Both the position numbers and the translations under genes were made by a program. 64,000 nucleotides of DNA from Octopus vulgaris. Lineage: Eukaryota. This document shows, in pieces, positions 1 through 13,599 of the stretch. Below the pieces are notes generated by a model. It was not told the DNA's origin. It saw only the letters and a program-made list of their open reading frames with translations, and did not search any database. The stretch spans positions 26,784,001-26,848,000 of the forward strand of contig OX597814.1 in NCBI GenBank assembly GCA_951406725.2, written 5' to 3'. Position 1 is the first letter of the stretch; each line of letters starts with the position of its first letter.

Positions 1-399
1 ATATATAATTGATATTAATATGCATTAGCAACCTCTTAGATAATTTAGCACATATGTAATGAAAAAAGTTATTTCTATGGTGTATTTGTACACACATATA
101 CTTATTATAGTTATATAAATGCATATATAAACCAATAGATAGAAAGACAGTACTACATAAAAGCAAGCATATATATATAATTCTAAAATGCATAAAAGCA
201 GACTCAGTATACTATAAGACTTTTAAAGTATTTGGTTTTTGAAATATTCATAGAATGCATGTGAATTTATTTCATAATTTTGGCATTGACAGTGTTACAA
301 TAAAAAATTAACATTTGTAATTTAAATGGTATTTAGCATGATTCTAATTCACCATGTTGGCATTAGCAGGAAATTCTGTAACATTTATGCTGGTATTTT

Positions 400-402
<3 letters not shown>

Positions 403-469
<67 letters not shown>
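403..469. repeat. (TAA)n microsatellite
   Basis: Pure TAA run; explains the poly-Ile ORF 363..617. Confidence 0.97.
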
Positions 470-837
470 GTAATGTATATACTAAATTATATAAAAACAA
501 GGGTGAGCAAAATGCTTTACAATATAGTAAGACATTTAATTTGTTCTTTTTAATTACACAAACAAGTAAATTAATCTTTTGTTTCTTATTACCTCTGTGC
601 TCACCATCTGCATACACTGTGCTATAAAAGTGATGACTAGTTAAGTGTGAATGTCACTACCAATCTTCCTCAGTATTCAACCATCCCATGTAGTGAACAA
701 AACGAATATAATTCATATTAGAACTCACAATGTTACAGAATAAATAACAAAATGCATAATCTCATGTTATCATCAACTCACCTTCTACAGTTGTTATTCA
801 TTAGCATCACACAATCTACGTGCTATATACTCTACAC

Positions 838-1167
838 CAGTGATTCTCAACCATTTTTTACCTCTGGACCCCTTTGGTTACTATCTTATTTTGGTGGACT
901 CCTATAGCTATTCCATGTCTAAAAATTAGTTTTAAAAGCATTTCTTTCAAAGTTGCTATTTTGCTTTTCACTCATTCACTTGAGTAGGTTTACAATTGTA
1001 CTCTCTTTCAGTGACTAGAAACATGATGACCTGTATAAAACAACAGAGAAATAAGTTTAGCTGTATCTTTTTTGCATGAACCCTGTGGATCTCCAATTTA
1101 CTATTTTGCTTACATGGAACCCCCCTTCCCCGGGGGGGGGTCATATGACACTGGTTGAGAACCACTG
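838..1167. mobile_element. hAT-type MITE (330 bp)
   Basis: TIRs CAGTGATTCTCAACC (838-) and GGTTGAGAACCACTG (-1167), 14/15 match; 8-bp flanks CTCTACAC / CACAACAC (6/8) fit a decayed hAT TSD. Confidence 0.85.
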
Positions 1168-1355
1168 CACAACACAATCACTATTTAACACTGAAACATA
1201 AATTTCAATCATATAACTCACATTACATATACTGTATACAATAAACAAAATACTAAACTTCCTTGTGGCATTTGAACTCGGGATTAAGAGAAAAAGCTTA
1301 GCAGCACTTTGTCCGATGTCAGCTTACCCCCTAATAATAATAATAATAATAATAA

Positions 1356-1526
1356 TCTTTTCTACTATTGGCACAAGGCCTAAAATTTTGTGGGAGGGGG
1401 CTAGTCAATTGCATCAACTCAAGTGCTTAATTCATCGACCCTGAAAGAATGAAAAGCATAGCAACAGACGAAATACCACTAAGCATTTCACCCAGTGTGC
1501 TAATGATTCTGCCAGGTCACCACCTT
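1356..1526 (-). mobile_element. Degenerate tRNA-derived SINE (family B, same head as 39136-39362), internally deleted
   Basis: GAAATACCACTAAGCATTTCACCCAGTGTGCTAATGATTCTGCCAG matches the head of the intact copy at 39136-39362; abuts a (TAA)n tail. Confidence 0.75.
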
Positions 1527-2580
1527 AATACTGATGATGATGATATCTTTTATTGGTCACAAAGACTCATCATTTTGAGAACAATATCAAAGGATGAAAT
1601 ACAATACACAAAGGTGGTGTTTACATTGATCAAAAAGGAAATCAATGGCAATAAATATATAACAAAAAAAAATAATAAATAAATGCATAAATAATCTTTG
1701 ATTTAGAAATAAATCTGTTTTAATGAGTTTGGGTAATTTAGTTTATTTCTTTGATAACTAATTTGTAATTTGCTCATTCTAACAAAAAATAATAGTCATG
1801 CCAATAACTTGAAAATAAGGTACACCCTTAGTAGTAAAAGGGTGAAACAGTTAAGATTAAGTATTTAATGCTTTTCTCTATGAAGTTAGTTCCATATTCT
1901 TAGGTTTATGTTTTTTATTTTTTATTTTTTTTTGGTTGAAGGGTCTTACACACATGCACACACACATACTCACTCTCTCATTCATTCACTCACAGTTTTT
2001 CACGTCTTTCTCTGACAGTTAAATTCTATTTTAATAAAAGTCTTTTATATAAAATCTCACTTGAAAAAAAAACTACTCTAAAACTTCTTCCAGCAAAGAG
2101 ATATTTAATTTTCTTTCAGTCCTCTTAATTGATTTTAAACACGATTTCTTTCATATGTGTGCGTTATCATGCTTATGAAGAAAAGGGAATACAATTGTGT
2201 GATATTCTCAACTTTCTCAAGGGTATTAATGATGTAATTGAAACTAAATAACAATAGAGGGGAATCAAGTAACAAACTAAAATCTAGAGTCACTTTTTAA
2301 GCTGTATTACAGGTTACAGATTTTTAAATGATATTCACTCTAGCATCTATTTTTTATAAATATCCATTCACATTTCTTTTATTGGTTTTGAACTTTTAAA
2401 TGCTACTTAGTATCAATTTTCTATAATTGACAAAAATTTCAAAAAATAGCTTATGTGAAATGCTTTAAGTCTGAGTTAACAGACTTAATGTAGTGATCCA
2501 CAAAACTGTAACCATTTGTAAAGAAAGGTACAGCAACTGTATATGCATATATCTGGCAAATTGTGCACATTTTCTCTTAC

Positions 2581-2659
2581 CTATTCTACTCATAGGGTAT
2601 TGGTGTACCCAGCACAATAAGAACCAAACAGAGATGAGTTCTTGGATTGATATGATCAA
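2581..2659 (-). CDS. Candidate exon of the minus-strand gene (phase-1 reading VDHINPRTHLCLVLIVLGTPIPYE*)
   Basis: Strong donor TAG|GTAAGA at 2581/2580; tandem acceptors CCTTCAG| (2669) and TTTTCAG| (2659) downstream of a T-rich tract. Reading frame ambiguous. Confidence 0.3.
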
Positions 2660-5600
2660 CTGAAAATCTCTGAAGGTGGTACCCCAACATGACCATAGTC
2701 CATTGAATAAAAATAGTAAAAAGATAAAAGGATAAAACAATAAAATTAAAATTATACTCGTATAAAAAAAAAAATAGAGCAATATCTAAATTATTAATTC
2801 TGACCAAGAAAAGTAAGGGAGATAACTCCAAAACCTAATGTGAGTATACAGTATGGAGGGAGTCTAATGTTTAGTGAGTACAGGGGCAACTCTAGACATG
2901 TTACAATATTGTTAAATCTACTCAGTGAAATATATTCTATACCTATACTTCCCAGACCTAAATAAATTTTTATTTCAGTAACACATTAAGTATTTTAGGT
3001 TTTTATATGAAAAAGACATTTCTAAACTAAATTTTATTCTCAAATGTGATTTTTGATTTTCTTAGAGGTTTTCATACAGACAGAATTATGTTTAAATCTT
3101 ACTTGCTTTTAGATTCTTATAAATTCTGTCTTTTAGAATGATATAGATGCTATGTTTTATAAGACAACTGGAACATTCAGTTGACTCTCCAGTTTTATGT
3201 TAGAGAAAAGGAAAAGCAAATCTGTTCCATAATACAGATACTTTTCTTCTGTATCCTTCTATATGTTGGATATACAGATTTCATGAAGCAGGGATAGAGA
3301 CAAATGTCTTCACATGATGTACTTCAAAATACTCCACTAAACATGATACACCAATAAATACAAACTCTCGACAATCTCAATGATTTCTATGAACTCTCGA
3401 CAGCTCCTACGACTCATCTCAACCTATATTCAACTCTTTATAAGAGTTTCGCTAGTCCATTTTTCCACTCTCACAGGAGTGTCAACGACTCTCGCCATAT
3501 TTTCTTTGTCTATTATGATTCAAATACTTTTTACAGAATTTTCAAAATAGCACCATTTTTCTTTTTGCATTTTGTAAAGATAGTTACAGTTGTTTTAGGA
3601 GCTTCAGTAAGTTTCATATCCAAAGGGTTAATATTTTGATATTGCCATTTCAAAGTCAGTATTGAAGATTGCAAAATCATTTGTCTTCATCTTCATTGAT
3701 CATTTTTATTATCCTAAATCTAAATCAATCAAATCCTGGCCTTATTTATTTGGTCTTTTATTTTATGAACTTGCTTTTTATTTCATTTCTTACTATTTAT
3801 AGACTTGTTTACTTCATTCTTGACAGGAATTCCTATATTACCATTTTCAAAATCCTCCTTGCACTTTTTTAATTTTATTCTCAGTAGCTTTAATATCAAT
3901 GCACTATTTTTGTTCTTAGTTTATCTGATGTTCATCTCATCATATTCCTTTCATTTCTTTCTGGTATTTTCAAATCTTCTTTGTTAGACTTTCTAAACAA
4001 TTTCTTATACATTCTGCATTACAAAACAAATATGGACAAAAGACTTCTAAAGTTTTGCCTGAAACAATTTAAAATTCTATAACATGCTACTCCAACAGTA
4101 TTTCATATAATATTTCTCACAATCGTAGTCGTACAACAGTTTCACTTCCCTTTTTCCATTTTTTTTTCCATAAATTAAATATAGAAAATATAAAATACTT
4201 AAAATAAAAGAATAATGATGAAGAGTTAAAATTACGTCAAAAACAGAGAATGGCAGGCAAAGATTATAGGATGAGGAATTTGTATCCAACATAAAAATTT
4301 ACAAATTGATATTTATGGCAGTCTAATTGAAAGAAAAAATTAAACTATTTGTTTATATGCATTCTCGGATATGATATGTGAAGCCTTTGTTATTGATGGT
4401 GTAACCTAAAACTTTACATATGGTTGTTCTTTATATATCAACTTGGTAGAATTTCATCTATATGATATTTACATTCTTAACAGATCACAGATTTTAAACC
4501 TATGAGCAAACCCTCTTTTGTTCTAGTTCTTTTTTCTGCAAATATTGACATGACATTTTATCAATTGACTATTACAAATCTGAGAGGTATTGTTGAGTTA
4601 AGGTCAGTTAAAATATTCATATATATATATATATATATGCTTCATTAATAATATATGAAAAGCTTTGACCAAACCAGAACTTCCTGAAGCTGTGTTTATC
4701 ATTCAACATTAGTTTTCAGGCATGACATGTTACGTCTCTGACTCACAATTCTCAGTAACTTCTTTAAAACTAACACAAGCTCACAAACTGATGCCAGCTT
4801 CCTCTTTCACCCTCTCACTAAGAATATCTCTGCTAATAAAATTCAACACAGTTGCCAGACAATTATAATGAATACCAATATCTTCTTCACATCCTCACTA
4901 CATGTGCAGTAAAATTTGCTTAGAATTGCATTGGTGCAGGTCTATTCATTTCTGCTTAATGCAAGTATTTTTGCTCAAATCTAATATATTTCATTATAAT
5001 ATTTTTATCATTAATACAATAAGTTTGTTTGCTTATACAATGCAGAGACACCTAAAACACCTCACAAATGATAAAAGCACATTATAAATGTAAACAGGAT
5101 TTTCTTTTCCATTATATTAAATAACAATTCTAAGCCACAATTATTTTCTTAGAACTATGTTTTATTTTCATTGTTATAGTTTTCAGAAGGAGTGTGTGTG
5201 TGTGTGGTGTGTGTGTGTGTGTGTGTTGAATGTTTTATATAACAAAATTTTATAGCAAATTTCACTAATTCATATTCATGTAGATAGAAAATGTGAAATG
5301 ATTTTAAATATGTACTCATAGCATTTTACTAGCTTAATTCTATGCACAGGATAATCATGTTTCAAAACATTAACTCTATATTTTTAGTTCAGTTCCTTGT
5401 GCACAATTATAATTCTAATATTAACACATTATTTACAACCCATTACAGATAATGCTCCATCAACCTTCGTGTTTTAGGGACATCATTAAAGAATTTATTT
5501 TTATGAAATTATTCAAGAGAAGAAACACTAACATTGCTATCCATTGCCTTCTCTGGGCTCATGGAGGATTCTTGTTTAGCAATGCAAGTTTAAGAAAACA

Positions 5601-6358
5601 GTCGCAACATATACAATATATATAATTCATAAACCATATATTACAGTAACCTGTGTCTTCTTTGGTGCTTATTTATGGATAGTAAGACTGAGAAAGTTAA
5701 GTGGTTTGGCCAAAGTTGCAGCAAATTGCCAGTGATGGAAATCAAACCACCTTATCTTGATAGAGGTGGCATTCTAATGGTGCAGCCAGCTGCATCTCTT
5801 TTAATCTGCTAGAGAATAATCAATATTTTATGGAGATATAAAGCTTATAGTGCCTCTTAAGAGGAAATAAACTTGTTTGCAGAAATTTTTTTATTGTAAT
5901 TATAGTTTTATATCATATTATAAAAGATATTAGGCAAAGTAACTGCTAAAATCACAAATTATTTCAGGCGAGATGTAGAATTATTTTCACCTCTATTATT
6001 AGCAAGCAGTATTTATTTTATCAAATAAAATACCAGTAAAAGGAAGAGTTAAGTATTATTTTCTTGAATGTCGACAATCCAATAAGACTGACTACATTTA
6101 TTGATGTTTGAATCACAAATAGTCAACATTTTCTTATGTTTATGTATATTTAGTTTTGTTTGTTTAAATGGTTGACCAAAAGAAAAGAAAAAAAAACTCC
6201 CTAGACACATAAATTAAAATGTTTTGTTAGTTTAAATCATCAATATTATCTTATGTTTCCCCTTAAGATGTCTATATCACATAAATAAATTATAGTGTCT
6301 TAAAATGTTCATCAAGTAAACAAAACTTTTCTCACAAATGACTTTATATTTCATCATT

Positions 6359-6559
6359 TTAACATAGAAAACTGTCGTGCTTGTTACATTCAAAGATACT
6401 TTTGTGATTATAATCACATCTTTTACAAATATTGTAGTATTCCTGCTTTATATCTTTCCTGCCCAACTCATCATTAAACATCGTCACAAAAACAGTACGC
6501 ATTTTTATGTAGTCATTTGACTTGTTCAGTGCAGAAGCAGATAATTTCTTGCAAAACAT
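6359..6559 (-). pseudogene. Possible piggyBac transposase C-terminal remnant
   Basis: ORF ends CKRC-x-KSIFECNKHDSFLC, resembling the piggyBac cysteine-rich domain (CxxC...CxxC..LC, one C->H). No TTAA/TIR end found. Confidence 0.35.
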
Positions 6560-6624
6560 CTCTTATCATAATTAAAGTAGGGATAATATATCTAAGCTTT
6601 ATGGCTTTTGAAATGATTTCCATA

Positions 6625-6841
6625 ATAATGGTTTCAAATTTTGACACCAGGCCAGCAGTTTTTTGAGTGAGAAGTCAATCACATCAACCCTAGTACTTCA
6701 TGGGTACTTATTTTATTGACTCCCATAAGAATGAAAAGTGAAGTCGATCCCAGTGGAATTTGAATTCAGAATATAAAGATGGATGAAACACCTATAAGCC
6801 TTTTGTCCAGCATGCTAATGGTTCTACCTGCTCATAACCTT
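6625..6841 (-). mobile_element. Degenerate SINE family B
   Basis: GAATGAAAAGTGAAGTCGATCCCAGTGGAATTTGAATTCAGAAT aligns with the 39136-39362 body and B-box. Confidence 0.8.
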
Positions 6842-6856
6842 AAAGATTCTCAAAAT

Positions 6857-7050
6857 AATAGTTTTAGATTATGGTACAGAGCCAACAGGTCTTTGGGGTT
6901 TTGTTGTTGCAGGAAAGAGGAAGTCAATTACATCGGCCTCAGTACTTAACTGGTATTTATTTTATCAACCACAAAAGGATGAAAGGCAAGGTCAAACTTG
7001 GTGGAATTTGAACTCAGAATGTAAAGATGGACAAAATGCTGCTCAGCACA
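6857..7050 (-). mobile_element. Degenerate SINE family B, tandem second copy
   Basis: AAAGGATGAAAGGCAAGGTCAAACTTGGTGGAATTTGAACTCAGAAT core motif. Confidence 0.8.
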
Positions 7051-8899
7051 CTTGCAAGCACGTGCACACACACACACACACACATAAACATGCAAACATA
7101 CGTAGCTAATTTGAGACAAGGTAAATCAATCCTCCTTTAAAAAGATATCACTATGAAGTGACTTAAACAAAAATCATACAGTATATACAAATCTCTTATT
7201 CTGTATCTAATAATTTTGTAATCTATATAAGTATTATTACAAATGCAAGTAATTTAAAAGTCATGAATAATAGTTTCCATCTGTATTAATATATTTCCTT
7301 ATAAATTCTAAATCATTTTGCTAATAGCTTTCTTAACACTCTGAATACCTGTTCAGAAAAATTGCTGAAATTTCACTATTTATTTCATCAATTTTGACTG
7401 GAATTCAATGTCATTGTAGTCGAATTATGCATTGGTCTATTAGTATGTGCCTGCAGTGATAAAAGGCTGAACATTCCAGAGTTTATAACTCAAAGTGTAT
7501 TAGTATATTCAGTTCATTGTTTTCTTAGATAGCAGTCTTCTGTGAGATACAGTATCAGTGGTGAATGGTATAGTGTTGTGGGAGGAAATGATATAAAGTG
7601 GTATGAGGGTTTCATCGGAAATTACACAGGAATTATGGAGCTGGGATCTTTTGTAAATTAGAAAAGAAAAGTACATGGCCAGAAGGGAGTCTTGCATTTC
7701 CTAAGTGTCCATATTTGTCCAATTGAGTCTACTGCCAGGAAATGCATTGCAGTATCGTGGTCTGATGTATTTCCATGAAATACAGTGTTACATACACACT
7801 AAGAACACACAGTTTACATGCTGCCAAATTTCAATGTTTACATTTGTTCACTACAATAGGAAGTATTAACATAGGCATTTGCATGCAAGAAACTTGCATG
7901 CGTGGATGCATACACAAATTACACCCACATGCACACATGTATGCATGCACACATGTACGCATGCACACACACACACATACACACAAATCTCTATATATAC
8001 ATATTCACACATACAAATTGTTCTATTATTCTAAGCCTCATTCCTTACTGCTGTAATCGTAGGTCACCTAAGGGCACAAATAGTGTATTTGCTGTTGAAG
8101 TACTACTCTCCTATATGAGCTCAGATCAGACACATACATATTATTCCTTCTATGAGGAAACTTAAAAGAGATCAGTTATCATGTGTCCTTAAGTAAAATA
8201 AACTCCAGCTGCTTTATCCTTTGATATAATGTTGTAATGAAGTAATTTCCTAGTCTCTGTATTTAAGATAGCAATCCCTCACTATACAGTCTATTTTACC
8301 AGACATCTCAAGTCTGTACCTTGAAGGACATGTCACAATTATTTTTGGCTTTCACAAATCAAAATTATAGAAAATTAAAGCAGTCTTCTTACCCAAATCA
8401 TTCTCATCTCACTTCATTATTTTTTTAAATTTTATTTTTGCTTAGTTTCTTTTTTAATAATGTTTTTCACTCATTTTCTGGGTTTTTTTTTTTTAGATGA
8501 ATGTTTTCTTTTTGAAGCTTTATACACAAATATTACAAATTTTTAAGCTGTGGAATAGGTGTTACATTCATATAATGGTGAATTTTGGTGATCAAACTAA
8601 TGGAAAGTGTGTAAGAGCAAGAATATTAAGAAAATTCATGAGATATTGTTACCATCTCTATTCAATTACTGAACAACAGCCCTAACTTTGCATAATTCCA
8701 TGCTTCAAATCAATTAAATTATAATTCTATGCTGACTACTTTTGGTAGCAAATGTGATTTACTTTAATATTTTAGATGGGTTAGCCCATCTGAAATAGTT
8801 AAGTAAATAACTGATACCATCCTTCTGATTATTTACATCCCTCACACAGCCATACTTCCAATCCCAAACAATCAAATTTTTCAGTTGTGTGGCAGTAAT

Positions 8900-9055
8900 A
8901 CACACATAAGAACTACCTTGCTAACTTACCATCCATTTCTCGACTCTTGGATTAAGACTCTCCAGCCAACATTCCATCAACTCTGATTTACCCCAAGGTT
9001 CAGCTTTCTCTCCAATACTCTTCATTCTGTACATTATGAATGATGTACTTAGTGT
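8900..9055 (+). mobile_element. LINE reverse-transcriptase fragment (decayed)
   Basis: Translates INSDLPQGSAFSPILFILYIMND, matching the non-LTR RT motif SGVPQGSVLSPxLFxLYIND. Confidence 0.7.
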
Positions 9056-9278
9056 TACTTCTAACCACACAAACACACACTCCCATACAGATACTACCAC
9101 CCTTCATACACATATATAGGTACTATCTACATACAAACCTAGCCATTTCATGCCAGACTAGCACTGTTTTCTGAATGGAAACCTCAGAAATATCCTCTGC
9201 TGGGGACATAGCAAACTAATCTTTGTCAACTACACAAAGACACAACCACTTCTTTTATTCCTGCAGCTGCCGATATCG

Positions 9279-9385
9279 ATGTTGTTGTTGTTGGTGGTGG
9301 TGGTAATGGTGGTGCTGGTGCTAGTGGTGCTGGTGCTGGTGCTGGTGCTGATGCTGGTGGTGATGGTGGTGGTGGTGGTGGTGGT
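9279..9385. repeat. Compound (GTT)/(GGT)/(GGTGCT)n microsatellite
   Basis: Seen directly. Confidence 0.9.
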
Positions 9386-9550
9386 TAGCCCCAAGTAAGC
9401 TCTAACTGAACAGACCTACAATCAAAACATTCTAGCTATGACCATCCTGTCTTTTATTTAGGATTGTTTCTAAGAAAGTATAATGTTACTGCAAGGAATT
9501 TTAACTGTTATTTCTCACAAGTCAAATAACTACATGAAGGTACATTATTG
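9385..9550 (-). mobile_element. SINE 3' tail (family C), degenerate
   Basis: Reverse complement matches the plus-strand tails at 17200-17365, 53690-53865 and 60660-60880 (...GGATGGTCATAGCT.GAAT...TAGGTCTG...GGGCTAA). Confidence 0.6.
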
Positions 9551-11404
9551 ACATTATTAAAATGAATCTGCATTTATAATGTCAGAGAAGTTAAATGGCG
9601 TCAGCCAGAAATAAAATGTCTTTCAATTAACTATTGAACTTAGTTCAGTAATTTCCCCTTATACTATAACACATACCTCAATATACTTATAATACTGTAT
9701 TATTGGTTATTCTCAGGCATGCATCTCTGATTTCATTAATGATACCTATGCAAACTATTTTATGAGCTTGAACTGGTGCTTAACTATTTTATTGGTTATC
9801 TTGAACCAAAAAGATTGGAAGGTTTTCTCACCCTGCCAAAAAAAAAAGAAAAAGAGGGACACAATGCAATGCCTGTAGGAGCATTTTGTTTTATAACTTA
9901 ACTATTCAACCATTCTACCTCACTATAGCAAGGCAAATGTACTAGAGTGAGTGAGTAAAAAAGATTGGGTGAAAGGAGAATGTTACAACAAGAGAAAGAA
10001 GAATAAAAAAAAAAGAGAGAAAGAGAAAAATACCTAAAATTTAATTCTAGTTGAAAATTTTGCCAAAATTTTTGAATAAAGAAGAAAAATTTAAATGATG
10101 TTAAATTGTACTTCAGGATTTTTTCTATAAAAGAAGAAATTTTTCCAGTTAATTTCATTAAGAAAACAGCTTTTTATTAAACTCGGTTAAATGTGAGTAT
10201 ATGCATGTAGTTGTGTGTGTGTGTGTGTGTCTGTGTGTGTGTGTGTGCGTGCACATGTATTTGGAAATCACATAAAGGAAGAGCACAAAGGTCATTGGTT
10301 GGTAATGGGTTAAAAATAAAGAAGTGAAATGTTTTGCTAGAAGAAATAAGAGATTGAAAAATTTTTTTATTTTTCTCTCACATTTGCTCCCTCTACTTCC
10401 CTCTTTCTCTTTTTCTTCCTTGTGTGTGTGCGTGCGTGTGTGTGTGTGTGTGTGTGTTTTGTTATTTGGATTCTTATTCCTAATTTGAGGAAATTCAAAC
10501 ACAGCTCTCCAAATTTCATAAATTTTCTTTAAGTCAGGGGCTCCCCCACATAGTCACCTATTCTCTGTTCATACCTGTTCTGCATCTTTATAACACCTTG
10601 CTTGGAAGTTTTGATACTGTATTTTTCATAAGTAGATGGAATACAATTTTGAGAATGTTTTCTTGAGATTTGTGGACTCTATATTTTGGAACCATTGTAT
10701 AAATAAGTCTTAGGTGAGCAGTCAGTCTTCTAAATAACTGTGTTGCACATTACAAGTGATCAGCAATAAACTTGAAACTCATCAATTAAGCAAATACAAG
10801 ATCTAAATAGACATAGAATATATCATATGTTATACATATGACTTGCAAAAAGAAATTTTATTAACCAGTAAATGCTGTATATTTAGAGTGAAACCCAATA
10901 TCCAAAGAAATTGAGAATACTCTGAGTTAGCAATTGAATTTGTAGAAATGGCTGATATATTCAGTTGCCAGTGAGGGTTGAAAAAAGCCATTATTTCAGT
11001 TTCTTATCCATTGTATGAGAATGAGGAAGAGAGAAGAAGCAGTGTTGTTGCTTGTTTATGTGTAGTTTAAATGGCAGAGTGCAGAGAGAATCAAGTCAAA
11101 CATTTAGTAACTAAAATTATTACCTTGTTTTAATAAACAGAACATTAAACTAAAAAAGTGGAATTTCAAATCCTTCAAGAGGCATTATGATATTGTGCTC
11201 TTATTAAGCTCACATAGTCTTAGTTTAACCCTATCTGAAGAATATCATATTTCCTGCTTTTAAGATTATAAAGTTAATATTTAGCTAACCTGCTGGCTGT
11301 GAAAACTTTTTTAAATAATTAAAACTGGAACTTTAGTCAATAATCCATGAAAACATCCAACTTTTATAAAATTATCTTAACCGTTTATGTTAAGAGGCAC
11401 AAGT

Positions 11405-11746
11405 AAAGTGGTTGAGTTCCTTTCGAGTGTTGGGCTTCATGGAGGTGAGGTTGCAATGAGGCAATGAGGCAGCATTATGATGTGCTTGAGAAGAAGACCC
11501 GTCAAGCTGAGCAAAATTGCAGTCTTAGTAGATACTGGTGTCACACAAATGGCACCCGTGCTGGTGGCATGTAAAAGCACCCATTACATTCTTGGAGTGG
11601 TTGGCATTAGGAAGGGCATCCAACCATAGAAAACCATGCCAAATCAGACTGGAGCCTGGCACAACCTTCCAGTGTGCTAGCCCAGTCAAACTGTCAAACC
11701 CATGCCTGCAATGACAACAGATGTTAAATGATGATGATGATGATGT
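11405..11746 (+). mobile_element. RTE-clade LINE 3' end with (GAT)n tail
   Basis: GTGCTTGAGAAGAAGACCC...AGGAAGGGCATCC...CCCATGCC...GTTAAATGATGATGATG; same tail as 28061-28620 and 49790-50090, which connect to RTE ORF C-terminal motifs. Confidence 0.8.
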
Positions 11747-12640
11747 TTAAATTTTTAAAAAACTGATATCATTAGTTACAAAATTGATTTCTGTTGGATT
11801 GACATCATACAAATTTTTGTATGAGATAGCTTAATAGCATTAAATTTGATTTAATTAAAGCCATTATATTACTGATATTTGCTATATCAATGTTAAATGA
11901 AAACAAAAACAAAAGTGAATACTACAAAATTAAATAAATTGCTAAAAATATATCCATGCTTAGGCAGTGGTCAAATATTTCTCAAGAGATTCTTTTATGA
12001 TGGCTAATTAAAAATATCTTTCCTCAGTCTGACTAACCAATCATTTCTTACACAGAATGTAAATACTTTAGACAAGTGTATTTTCAAATGCAGCATTCAC
12101 CCTCATATGTTTCCATGTTGTCTAGCCATTATCTACAACCAATTACTCATATCTACACATACTCCCTGCAGACTATTACTAGCTGAAGTTTTGAGTGAAA
12201 GGTCAACAGACTAATTCTTTCCCCATTAAACTCCACCACCATCCATCCTCCCTTCCAAGGGAACACTCCAAGTTTTAGGTCTTCTTTCCTAAATGATAAT
12301 GCAATGTGGAAGATAGAAAAGAAACGATAAACATATTTGTGTCTTTCATGGGTTTATTCCAGTGAAACATGTTCTTCCTCCACAAATTCATCCCTTCAGG
12401 CTAGTTCAGTGCTAGTTCAGTGTGTGACACAGATGCTGTGTTTATTAAGAAGAGTAGCAGATCAACTGTTTCAAGTAATATAGATTTTGACATTGTAAAT
12501 CATATCCAAAGTTGCCCTAATTTCTATAGAACTCTACATAAAGCATATATTGAAATAGTGCTGCTAATACTCTGTTCCATTATATATATATTCTATTTCG
12601 CATATTTCCAGCAGTTTTCTCTTTGTATACATGTGTATGT

Positions 12641-12685
<45 letters not shown>

Positions 12686-12789
12686 GATATATATATATAA
12701 TGTGTGTGTGTGTGTGTGTGTGTGTGCATATGTGTATATGCATATGTGGAAGGGAGTGTAATTTGGCAGGAGGATTTAAATGACATGAA

Positions 12790-12957
12790 GCCCAGTTACA
12801 ACTACAGCCAACTATTGCCGGTAAAGGTTTTAGCTGCCAATTCTGTACAAGACATTGTAGATCTTTAGCTGGGCTAAAAAGTCACATTCGATCACAGCAC
12901 CAATGGCAGTTAAGCTTAATGCATTGGTCATACTTGATAACGAGGGGGCAGCAATCA
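12790..12957 (+). mobile_element. RTE LINE 3' end (terminal C2H2 motif plus 3' UTR)
   Basis: Translates FSCQFCTRHCRSLAGLKSHIRSQH (CxxC...SxxGLxSHxRxxH, typical RTE ORF terminus), followed by a short UTR and a simple-repeat tail. Confidence 0.75.
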
Positions 12958-12977
12958 CATACATATATATATATATA

Positions 12978-13193
12978 TGAAGAGGGGCTGAAAAGTTATT
13001 GGCTTTGGGTAAAAGAAAATACAGGAGGGTCAGTTAATTATAATTTTATTGAACATATTCCCCTCTCAAATTCACACACTTATTGAGCAGTCCTTCAGTT
13101 TTTCTAAGCCCTGTAAAAGAACTCAGGAAGTTGTGTCTCCAAACAGGACTTTCATGATACCCTTATAGCAAGGAGCTTTTCAGTATACCCTCA
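12978..13193. mobile_element. mariner-type MITE (216 bp)
   Basis: Degenerate TIRs TGAAGAGGGGCTGAAAAGTTATTGGCT ... AGCAAGGAGCTTTTCAGTATACCCTCA, flanked by TA on both sides. Confidence 0.7.
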
Positions 13194-13207
13194 TAAATAT
13201 TTATATA

Positions 13208-13580
13208 CAAGGTGATTCAAAAGTCTCCATACATAGAAAAAATTAATGTTTTTATAAGAGACAGTTTATAAGATCCCCAAGATCCCCTGATCTGACTCCT
13301 CTTGATTTCTATTTTTGGGGACATTTGAAAGGCATGGTGTATTGCGGAAAGATAAAAGACATAAATGATTTGAAGGAACGCATCACCAACTCCTTTGCAC
13401 AAGTATCACCAGATGTGCTATTATGAGTTCACAATGAGTATGGTAACCATATTGCAATGTGTATTCAAAACAATGGTAACCATATAGAGCCTGTTAGATA
13501 AAAAAAACTTTTGTTATAAACTGTTTCATATAAAAAAAAGATAAATTGTTCCTATGTATAGTGACTGTTGAATCACCATG
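13208..13580 (+). mobile_element. Internally deleted Tc1/mariner (IS630-Tc1-mariner) transposon
   Basis: TIRs CAAGGTGATTCAAAAGTCTCCATACATAG / CTATGTATAGTGACTGTTGAATCACCATG with TA TSD; 13274-13501 translates SPRSPDLTPLDFYFWGHLKGMVY...KERI...*...CIQNNGNHIE (transposase C-terminus, one internal stop). Confidence 0.9.
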
Positions 13581-13599
13581 TATATATATATATATACTA

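Noticed and set aside
3360-3631. piggyBac MITE ending AAAGGGTTAA
   Set aside because: Only one end is visible; no matching TTAACCC left terminus found.
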